Shown piece after piece: positions 40,911 to 52,400 of a stretch of DNA of 64,000 nucleotides (positions are counted from its first letter, which is position 1; each line of letters begins with the position of its first letter). The stretch is taken from assembly GCF_009914755.1 (NCBI RefSeq), contig NC_060930.1; one strand, given 5' to 3'. Source of the DNA: the human T2T-CHM13v2.0 reference genome, Homo sapiens. The notes under the pieces are model-generated. The model saw nothing but the letters and a program-made list of their open reading frames with translations, searched no databases and was not told where the DNA came from. The translations under genes were made by a program, and so were the position numbers.

Positions 40911-43900
40911 AGCTCATTCTGTAGGTTCTCTAGAATTGTGTGTTGGGTAATGTTTTCCTCTGAAACGTCTAAATTGATCAGCCGGCCATACAGTAATTTT
41001 TTTCAATTAAGACATACTTTTTTTATACTAGCTCTTTAATTTAATTTGGCTATTCTGTACTGTTAATTTCTCTTGATATGATATCTGCTTTCTTGCATGT
41101 TGTTTTTTTAAATATTTGAAATCAGTTATCATACTGATATTTCAAATTTTCACGCAATTCTAATCATTTCTCTCATTCCTGAGCCTGTTTGTATTACCCG
41201 ATTTATTTCCTGGTCATGGGTCACACGAAACGCTTTTCTACATGTAGTCAGATTTTAAATTTAGGACTCACTCTGCGGATACCGCATAGCTGAGGCAATC
41301 GACTTTGTTGTTTACTTCTAAAGAGAGTTGAGATTTCCTCTCACAGGCACTTCATTGATTGGAAACCGATTTGATGCTTGGACACTTGCTTTCCAGATGT
41401 GCAAGGGGTTGTCTGCAGCTGACTTTATTCTAGTAATATACTAAGTGTACCTTTAAATTACGGCTGTTCTGGGGTCTCCACTGAATTGGCAATGTGCTCC
41501 GTGAGGACTCTCTGGTCTAGCTGGGAAGAACTCCAGTATCCCAGAGTGCTATGTGATCTCTCTCTTCTTTATTGAGCTTCCTGTGCTCTTGTACTTGCTG
41601 TTTCTCAGTAAATGTTCTTTGCCACACTTTCTCGTGGAACCATTTCCTGTGCACAGGCAGCGTCATGTCAGGCCAACGACTGGAGGAGACTTCTATGCGT
41701 ATTTGTAGAGCTCTTTTCCTCCACAAACCAGTTCTTATTTCTAGCAGACCTAGAAAAATTTCAGCTACCACAGTCATCCCAAACTCCAATCCCTCTCCTC
41801 CATTCAGCAAGATGGCTACAGTCTGCTTGGGCTCCATCTCCTTGCTATTCAGTGCAGGAAGGGTATCCAGGAAGAAAGCCAAGGCATCTGCGGAGTGGAG
41901 CCCATCATTGCCCCTCTCTCAATTCTCTAGGTCCTCTACCATCTGTTGTCCCACATGTAGAAACCATTTTTCCATGTCTCTGGTAGTCGCTTGTGGCCAA
42001 AATATTGGCCATTGGGTGGTCAGACCCGGGCTTCTCTCCATCCACCCATCCCTTTTACTTTTCAGCATCCCTCTCTGTGCTGACTCTCATCTGCCTTCCT
42101 TCCTTGGATCTTCTCTTGCTGGGAACCTGTATCCCTTCAGGCCACTGGTACTTAGGAACGAGTGTTTTTCTGACAATCGGAATATACGTAGATATAGAAA
42201 CAGATCAATTCACCTGTCCATAAATAAGCACCTATTCTTTCCTCTTGAACCCAGAGAGAAAAGGCAAACGCAACCTTCCCTTCAGGAAGTGGAAGCCAGA
42301 ATAACGGAATTCCAACTGGAAAGTCTCCATTGACGTTTAGTTGGTGTTGTGGAAGGGTAATCTAAGTGTCTGGTCCTTTGTCATTCTGACTTTCTTCATA
42401 ATGTGATCTCCTCACCTCCAGATTTCCCTTCTGCTCAATAGAACTAGGAGGAAGGAGAGGGAGCTTAACATTTCCCTTCTCTCAGACCCTTAGCTCCAAG
42501 GCAATCATCCTGAGACATTTTGCTACGCCATCTGCATCTGTCACAAGTTGAGTTCGGAGAACTCAGCTTGAGACACATCTCTTGTAACAGAAACTTCACT
42601 TGGCCCTTTCTTCTCTTATGGTAAAGAACAAAGACATACGCATTTGGGTAGTATTCTGGGGTCCGACTATGCGAGTGTGGTGTCATAGATGACCAAGCTT
42701 GGCAGGTTCTTCCTGTGACAGTGGTGGAGTATGTGCCTCGATAACTCTGTCCATTACCATGGTAGCACTCCTGCACCCCAGGCCTTTGCTCAGTCGGTGC
42801 TGAAATGAAAACACGGGAAATCAAGCTGAGTATCTCTGAGCATAGAGAAACATGTGAAGCCATTTGTGACACAACCAGAAAGGAGTCTATGAGAATTACG
42901 ACCGTTCTCTTTTCCTTATCCATAGGCAGATGGATGTGAGAAAACCGACCAACAAACAAACACCAAAGCAACAGATTCCTCCCATTCTAGAACTGTAGTA
43001 AGTTCTTGGAAATATTTCACCTGACACCTTAGAGAAACACAACAGATCAGATTCCTCATTGGAAAGTGAGCTCACGAGGTAGCACCTTTCTAGGAAACTC
43101 TACTGAATCTTCATGCAAACGGCACCGCATTTGGCAATGCGGGCTGCAGGTGGTAATTGGCTGTCGGGGGCAGAGTTTGGGACAGACATGGAAATTTTGC
43201 ATGTTTCCCTAGACCGTTGATCATGAAAGCCAAGGCCTTTGGCTTCCGGGCCATGGGGCAGAAAACGGTCCTATGTATCTGACTGAAGACAAAGACACTT
43301 TGCTTCTCAGGGATGTGTGCACGCCAAAAGCTTCTTCCCTTGGAGGAGAGAGGGAATCCTCTCATGCCCTGCATCCTGAATTGTAGTAAAGTAGGAGTCT
43401 ACTACTCTTTCTCTCTAGACCCCTCACAGGTACAAGTGTCATCAGAAAGAGGTTTAAGAATACTGAGAAATCACTCCCTTCAAAGCCTAGGGCTGAAGAG
43501 CCTTAGAGCACTGGGAGCTCATGTACTGCTCCATAGACCCAGGGCCACATGGAATCAATGCAGCCCTCTTAGGTTTCTCGAGGGTGACAGGCTCCAGAGC
43601 CACATTTCTCAGAATCTGCAATGCTGAAGATTGCTCTGAATGCTGGCTACTTGAAGAAATCCCCGGAAAAGCTTACTGGCTTGGAAAGAGTGACACACCT
43701 GACAGCATGTTACAATAAAAATTTTGGCTGGGACACTGAGGTAGCCCGTTTTACAACAAGGTGAATTTTGAAGTCGATCCCCCTGGAGGGTTTGTGCCCA
43801 TCCTAAAGACAAAGCCCAACCACGTTGCACCAGAAATCACTCCGCTGGCTCCCCCAGAGAGTGCACGGAGGCTTCCTCCTACATGGTAGAACTCAGGCAA

Positions 43901-46422
43901 CACTCGAGCATCCGTTTACCATTGAAGGCGGCTGCATCAGTGGGAATTTCCATGGCTTTTCATCCCAGCATCGAAGCGTGTAGATGTCTGGCCACAGACT
44001 CCTTACCTTGTTCGGAAGGAGCCTCTAGGCTTGGAACCGGGGTAACAGTCGGAGGCGCGACGGCAGTCCCTTCTGCGTCTGAGCATTGCGTCAGGTTGCA
44101 GTACTCCCACCTGACACCGGGATCCCTCGTATAACAATAAGGAGCTGCCACAGCATCTGGATTCCTGCAGTAGTTCATGATCAAGCCACTGGAAATTCCA
44201 AAACGATACACGTCACAAGAGGTGGGACAACATGCAGGGGCACCCCACACTCTCTCCTTTGTGCTGCAACAAGGTCATTACCGGTGCCTTTCTAATATTC
44301 CCATTAAAAGTACCATATGATTGCCACCAGCAAAAATGGCTCTCGATCACTAATCCTCTCTGCACATCTCTCATACTTAATAGATTATTACTATTTTTTT
44401 AAATAAAAAATCTAAAGTAGCAAACGCTTCTTAGAAACACTGAGATAACACACACACGTGGCCGAAAAACGATCAGAGTATTCTCCTTCTGCCTTCTGCC
44501 CAATCCATCTCTCTGGAATAACTGGTATGGGTTTTGACGTCTGTATTGTGGGATTGTGTATTCACATGCAAATGCATCTGTATCTGTCTAGTCTCCGTAT
44601 CTCTCTCGGTAGGACTTCATATTCTAATGTGGGAGTTGCAACGAACATGTAGTTCTTCAGAAAACACACGTCATCCAGGAGGATAGCCGTTCCAGGTCAA
44701 CCCTCACACTCTATGTACTCAATACGTAGTGAAAAGGCTCTACCTTTCCCACAGAAAAGCATTGTGCAAATAGTATTACTGTCTGTCAGGTTTAGTAGGT
44801 TTGTTTCTCCAAGACTTCTCAAAGCTGCCCTGGAAAACTTGCTCCCAGGCAGGATGCAGTATCTCTAGAAGGGGTTCCTAGGCAGGTCCTTCTCTCCTGC
44901 TCTCAGTCTACCCTCTGCTGGCCGCAGCTACTCCGGGACTGAGGGAAAGGGGGATGAGTTGAAAGAACAGTGGGACCCATGGCATAAAGGAAGACGGCAG
45001 GGTGGACTAAGAGATCTGAAGAGGTCGGACAGCTACGGAGCAGCAGAGAAAAATGCATTAGGGGGCAAAGCAGGCGAGTAGTTTGGGCTGCGGGGATCTT
45101 GAAGCATTCGCTCTTCCTTATGCCTCCCAAGAACGTTGCTCCAACCTCCCAGTATCCTCACATTCATGACCTCTGGCTGCCTGAGAAAATGGGAAATGTA
45201 TTATGGGCCATGGGGTTCCAACACTGTCTCTCTAGAGACTCTAGACTTGTGGCCTAGTCTCAACCCCAGACCCTCCATTCCAGGAAGCTGGTTCAATGAG
45301 CAACTGGATGTATAAGAGCCTGAGCTCTTGAAAGACTTCTAGTTCTTCCTTGGCTTCCCTCTTTTGAATGCATGGACTATTCTTATTATACCAAAAACCT
45401 CAGAGTTCAAACCTTTGTGATTGCTCTAGGATTTGCAATATCCCTTCGAACCCGCACAGTACCCTTTTATTAATATGACACACCATCGTGCATGAGGTAA
45501 AGAAACTTACAACGGTACACTTCGAATTAATCCCTTCGTGATTTATGCTACCATTTCAAATTCTTACCTCTACATATGCTGAAGTTAAATATCTTGCTAT
45601 CATTTTGTTTCAAGTAGTCAACTCTCATTTACAAAGATATAGAAATTTGATCAAGAAAATATTTTGCATTTACATCTATCTACATTTGCCAATTGCTGGA
45701 TTCTTCATTACGTGGGCTGCAGAAAGTTCCTTTCTTGTTCAATTCTTCTTCTACCTAATTCCTTCGGGTCACCTCTCTTGTTACATAAGCCTGCTGATTT
45801 CCAATTCTTACAGTTTCCGGTTTCTTTCTTTGGGGCAGTGCACAATATGCATTTATCCGACATGGATGACCTTCAAGGCATTTTATTGCTGGATTCAGCA
45901 TTCCCGGTTGATCTCTTTTTGTTCCTGATTATCATTTTAACAATATTCCCTGGTATCTGGCTTCCAGTGTTTCTGAGGTGAACACATTGGCAATTTGTAT
46001 CAGTGTACTTGTAGGAAGACACAGCTCTTTTTCCTCCAGTTTCTCGTGACAGGTTTCTTCTTATTACATCTTTGCCTTGTTACCTTCGAACTGTGATGTA
46101 CAAAAGTACATCATACAGGTTGGGTTTTTTTTCCGAAATTCCCTATATGATCCCTTGAGTTTCACGATTCTGTGATTTTTTTTAATGTTCTTCGTAATTG
46201 AAAAGTTATCAGCCATCCTTGATTCTGGTATTTGTTTCTATTATAAACTCCCTTGCTCTTTACTGTGACTTGCTTCCCACATGCAGGAAATCTTTTCATA
46301 TTTTCCTACATGTCTGTGAGGCTCGCTTAATTTTATATTTCACTGTTTCTTCAGGGGTGCGCGTGTCTGTGTGTGTTAGAACTTGTGAGTTTCTGCGTGT
46401 GTGTGAGTATGGGTGTGTTTTC

Positions 46423-46453
<31 letters not shown>

Positions 46454-49400
46454 AGCTCATTCTGTAGGTTCTCTAGAATTGTGTGTTGGGTAATGTTTTC
46501 CTCTGAAACGTCTAATTTGATCAGCCGGCCATACAGTAATTTTTTTCAATTAAGACATACTTTTTTTATACTAGCTCTTTAATTTAATTTGGCTATTCTG
46601 TACTGTTAATTTCTCTTGATATGATATCTGCTTTCTTGCATGTTGTTTTTTTAAATATTTGAAATCAGTTATCATACTGATATGTCAAATTTTCACGCAA
46701 TTCTAATCATTTCTCTCATTCCTGAGCCTGTTTGTATTACCCGATTTATTTCCTGGTCATGGGTCACACGAAACGCTTTTCTACATGTAGTCAGATTTTA
46801 AATTTAGGACTCACTCTGCGGATACCGCATAGCTGAGGCAATCGACTTTGTTGTTTACTTCTAAAGAGAGTTGAGATTTCCTCTCACAGGCACTTCATTG
46901 ATTGGAAACCGATTTGATGCTTGGACACTTGCTTTCCAGCTGTGCAAGGGGTTGTCTGCAGCTGACTTTATTCTAGTAATATACTAAGTGTACCTTTAAA
47001 TTACGGCTGTTCTGGGGTCTCCACTGAATTGGCAATGTGCTCCGTGAGGACTCTCTGGTCTAGCTGGGAAGAACTCCAGTATCCCAGAGTGCTATGTGAT
47101 CTCTCTCTTCTTTATTGAGCTTCCTGTGCTCTTGTACTTGCTGTTTCTCAGTAAATGTTCTTTGCCACACTTTCTCGTGGAACCATTTCCTGTGCACAGG
47201 CAGCGTCATGTCAGGCCAACGACTGGAGGAGACTTCTATGCGTATTTGTAGAGCTCTTTTCCTCCACAAACCAGTTCTTATTTCTAGCAGACCTAGAAAA
47301 ATTTCAGCTACCACAGTCATCCCAAACTCCAATCCCTCTCCTCCATTCAGCAAGATGGCTACAGTCTGCTTGGGCTCCATCTCCTTGCTATTCAGTGCAG
47401 GAAGGGTATCCAGGAAGAAAGCCAAGGCATCTGCGGAGTGGAGCCCATCATTGCCCCTCTCTCAATTCTCTAGGTCCTCTACCATCTGTTGTCCCACATG
47501 TAGAAACCATTTTTCCATGTCTCTGGTAGTCGCTTGTGGCCAAAATATTGGCCATTGGGTGGTCAGACCCGGGCTTCTCTCCATCCACCCATCCCTTTTA
47601 CTTTTCAGCATCCCTCTCTGTGCTGGCTCTCATCTGCCTTCCTTCCTTGGATCTTCTCTTGCTGGGAACCTGTATCCCTTCAGGCCACTGGTACTTAGGA
47701 ACGAGTGTTTTTCTGACAATCGGAATATACGTAGATATAGAAACAGATCAATTCACCTGTCCATAAATAAGCACCTATTCTTTCCTCTTGAACCCAGAGA
47801 GAAAAGGCAAACGCAACCTTCCCTTCAGGAAGTGGAAGCCAGAATAACGGAATTCCAACTGGAAAGTCTCCATTGACGTTTAGTTGGTGTTGTGGAAGGG
47901 TAATCTAAGTGTCTGGTCCTTTGTCATTCTGACTTTCTTCATAATGTGATCTCCTCACCTCCAGATTTCCCTTCTGCTCAATAGAACTAGGAGGAAGGAG
48001 AGGGAGCTTAACATTTCCCTTCTCTCAGACCCTTAGCTCCAAGGCAATCATCCTGAGACATTTTGCTACGCCATCTGCATCTGTCACAAGTTGAGTTCGG
48101 AGAACTCAGCTTGAGACACATCTCTTGTAACAGAAACTTCACTTGGCCCTTTCTTCTCTTATGGTAAAGAACAAAGACATACGCATTTGGGTAGTATTCT
48201 GGGGTCCGACTATGCGAGTGTGGTGTCATAGATGACCAAGCTTGGCAGGTTCTTCCTGTGACAGTGGTGGAGTATGTGCCTCGATAACTCTGTCCATTAC
48301 CATGGTAGCACTCCTGCACCCCAGGCCTTTGCTCAGTCGGTGCTGAAATGAAAACACGGGAAATCAAGCTGAGTATCTCTGAGCATAGAGAAACATGTGA
48401 AGCCATTTGTGACACAACCAGAAAGGAGTCTATGAGAATTACGACCGTTCTCTTTTCCTTATCCATAGGCAGATGGATGTGAGAAAACCGACCAACAAAC
48501 AAACACCAAAGCAACAGATTCCTCCCATTCTAGAACTGTAGTAAGTTCTTGGAAATATTTCACCTGACACCTTAGAGAAACACAACAGATCAGATTCCTC
48601 ATTGGAAAGTGAGCTCACGAGGTAGCACCTTTCTAGGAAACTCTACTGAATCTTCATGCAAACGGCACCGCATTTGGCAATGCGGGCTGCAGGTGGTAAT
48701 TGGCTGTCGGGGGCAGAGTTTGGGACAGACATGGAAATTTTGCATGTTTCCCTAGACCGTTGATCATGAAAGCCAAGGCCTTTGGCTTCCGGGCCATGGG
48801 GCAGAAAACGGTCCTATGTATCTGACTGAAGACAAAGACACTTTGCTTCTCAGGGATGTGTGCACGCCAAAAGCTTCTTCCCTTGGAGGAGAGAGGGAAT
48901 CCTCTCATGCCCTGCATCCTGAATTGTAGTAAAGTAGGAGTCTACTACTCTTTCTCTCTAGACCCCTCACAGGTACAAGTGTCATCAGAAAGAGGTTTAA
49001 GAATACTGAGAAATCACTCCCTTCAAAGCCTAGGGCTGAAGAGCCTTAGAGCACTGGGAGCTCATGTACTGCTCCATAGACCCAGGGCCACATGGAATCA
49101 ATGCAGCCCTCTTAGGTTTCTCGAGGGTGACAGGCTCCAGAGCCACATTTCTCAGAATCTGCAATGCTGAAGATTGCTCTGAATGCTGGCTACTTGAAGA
49201 AATCCCCGGAAAAGCTTACTGGCTTGGAAAGAGTGACACACCTGACAGCATGTTACAATAAAAATTTTGGCTGGGACACTGAGGTAGCCCGTTTTACAAC
49301 AAGGTGAATTTTGAAGTCGATCCCCCTGGAGGGTTTGTGCCCATCCTAAAGACAAAGCCCAACCACGTTGCACCAGAAATCACTCCGCTGGCTCCCCCAG

Positions 49401-52400
49401 AGAGTGCACGGAGGCTTCCTCCTACATGGTAGAACTCAGGCAACACTCGAGCATCCGTTTACCATTGAAGGCGGCTGCATCAGTGGGAATTTCCATGGCT
49501 TTTCATCCCAGCATCGAAGCGTGTAGATGTCTGGCCACAGACTCCTTACCTTGTTCGGAAGGAGCCTCTAGGCTTGGAACCGGGGTAACAGTCGGAGGCG
49601 CGACGGCAGTCCCTTCTGCGTCTGAGCATTGCGTCAGGTTGCAGTACTCCCACCTGACACCGGGATCCCTCGTATAACAATAAGGAGCTGCCACAGCATC
49701 TGGATTCCTGCAGTAGTTCATGATCAAGCCACTGGAAATTCCAAAACGATACACGTCACAAGAGGTGGGACAACATGCAGGGGCACCCCACACTCTCTCC
49801 TTTGTGCTGCAACAAGGTCATTACCGGTGCCTTTCTAATATTCCCATTAAAAGTACCATATGATTGCCACCAGCAAAAATGGCTCTCGATCACTAATCCT
49901 CTCTGCACATCTCTCATACTTAATAGATTATTACTATTTTTTTTAAATAAAAAATCTAAAGTAGCAAACGCTTCTTAGAAACACTGAGATAACACACACA
50001 CGTGGCCGAAAAACGATCAGAGTATTCTCCTTCTGCCTTCTGCCCAATCCATCTCTCTGGAATAACTGGTATGGGTTTTGACGTCTGTATTGTGGGATTG
50101 TGTATTCACATGCAAATGCATCTGTATCTGTCTAGTCTCCGTATCTCTCTCGGTAGGACTTCATATTCTAATGTGGGAGTTGCAACGAACATGTAGTTCT
50201 TCAGAGAAAACATGGCATCAAGGAGGATAACCTTTCCAGGTCAACTCTCACACTCCATGTACTCAAAACCTAGTGAAAAGGCTCTACCTTTCCCATGGAA
50301 AAGCATTGTGCAAATAGTATTACTGTCTGTCATTCCCATATCATGTCGGTCAAGTAGGTTTGTTTCTGCAAGACTTCTCAAAGCTGCCCTGGAAAACTTG
50401 CTCCCAGGCAGAATGCAGTATCTCTAGAATGGGTTCCTGGGCAGGACCTTCTCTCCTGCTCTCAGTCTATCCTCTGCTGTCCACAGCCACTCCAGAACTG
50501 GGGGATGAGTTGAAAGAACAGTGGGTCCCATGGCATAAAGGAAGATGGCAGGAAGACTAAGAGATCTGAAGAGGTCGGACAGCTATGGAGGAGCAAAAAA
50601 CAATGAATTAGGAGGCAAAGCAGGTGAGGAGTTTGGGCTGCGGGGATCTTGAAGCATTCGCTCTTCCTTATGCCTCCCAAGAACGTTGCTCCAACCTCTC
50701 AGTATCCTCACATTCATGACCTGTGGCTGCCTGAGAAAATGGGAAATGTATTATGGGCCATGGGGATCCAACATTGTGTCTCTAGTGGCTCTACACATGT
50801 GGCCTAGTCTCAGTCCCAGACCCTCCATTCCAGGAAGCTCATTCAATGAGCAACTGGATGTACTAAGAGCCAGAGCTCTTTAAAGACTTTTTTTTCTTCC
50901 TTGGCTTCCCTCTTTTGAATACATAAAATATTGTTATTATACAACAAACCTCAGAGTTAAAAACTTTGTGATTGCTCTAGGATTTGCAATATCCCTTTGA
51001 ACCCACACATTAACCTTTTATTAGTATTACATACTATCGTGCATGAGGTAAGAAACTTACAGTGGTACACTTCCAATTAATCCCTACATGATTTATGCTA
51101 CATGTTCAAATTTTTACTTCTACATATGGTAAAGTTAAATATATTGGTATCATTTTGCTTCAACTCGTCAACTCTCATTTAAAAAGATATAAACGTTTGA
51201 TCAAGAAAACATGTAGCATTTTCATCTACATTTGCCAATTGCTAGGTTCTTCATTATATAGGCTGCAGAAAGTTCCCTTCTTGTTCTATTCTTCTTCTCC
51301 TTAATTCCTTAGGGTCACCTCTTTTGTTACATAAGCCTGCTGATTCCAAAGTCTTACAGTTTCCGGTTTCTTTGTTTAGGGGAGTGCACAATGTGCATTC
51401 CTCCAACATGGATGAACTTCAAGGCATTTTATTGCTGGATGTAGCCTTCTCAGTTGAGCTCTTCTTTCTTACGTTTATTACTTTAATGTTATTCTTTTGT
51501 GTCCAGGTTGCAGTGTTTCTGATGGGAACACATTAGTCACTTGTATCACTGTTCCTCTAGCAAGACACAGCTTTTTGTTTTTCCCGTTCCTTACGAGATT
51601 TTTCTGTGTATTATGTCTTTGCCCTCTGACAGTTGAACTGCTATGTACCCAGTGGCATCCTATAATTGTCATTTTAGAAATTATTTTTCTGATCCATTGA
51701 GCTTCTTGAGTCCGTGATTTTTTAATCTTCTTTATATTTGGAAAATTTTCAGCCATCCTTGCTTTCAGTATATATTTCTGTTCCAATCTCCTTCCCCCTT
51801 TCTGTGACTTGCTTCCCACATGTAGGAAATCTTTTTATGTTTTCCTTTATGTCTGTGTGGCTCGGTTGATTTCATTTTTCAGCATTTGTGGATGTGTGTG
51901 TGTGTTTGTAAGCTTATACATGTTTGAGTGTGTGTGTATGCATGCGTGTGTTTTGTATGTGTGTATCTGGTTCTGTAGGTTCTATGCAATTATTTTTCAT
52001 TTGGTATTTTCTTCTGAAATGTCTAACTAGATGGGGAGGCCATCTAGTAATTTTTTCATTTAAGACATATCTCTTAGTAGTTCTTCGATTTGGCTCTTTA
52101 TACTCTTACTGTCTCTGGATAAGGTGTCTGTTGCATTCTATATTCATGTTTTCTTAAATCCTAGAACTCAATTATTATATAGTGATATGTCAAATTTTTA
52201 TGCCATTCTAATCATTTCTGTCTCTTCTGGGTCTGTTTGTATTGGCTGATTTTCCTCCTGCTTGTGGGTCACACTAAAAGGTTTCTATGTGTAGTCAAGT
52301 TTTATATTTAGGCCTCACACTGTGGATACTGCATAGCTGAGCCACTTGACTTTGATGTTTACCTCTAAAGATGGTTGAGTTTTCCTCTCAGAGGCAGTTC

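Larger units (their letters stand above)
1..50205. repeat. LPA: KIV-2 tandem array (coding VNTR), about 9 units of ~5.55 kb; probably continues left of window
   Basis: The same ORF set recurs with periods 5543, 5546, 5556, 5554, 5558, 5548, 5546, 5543, 5544. These length differences are fully accounted for by (TG)n length, a 2-bp CA indel, a T7/T8 run and one 4-bp deletion. Confidence 0.99.

Noticed and set aside
5156-49731. Absence of exonic differences as proof of purifying selection
   Set aside because: Exons are about 6% of the unit and only ~25 variable sites were seen, so 1-2 would be expected by chance; zero is not significant.
1-50205. CRISPR-like or novel repeat-array system
   Set aside because: Units are 5.5 kb, contain spliced exons and have no unique spacers; this is the known LPA KIV-2 VNTR.
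1-50205. Array as an assembly artefact (duplicated contig)
   Set aside because: Each unit has a distinct combination of substitutions, indels and STR lengths, consistent with real paralogs; unit order still needs read support.
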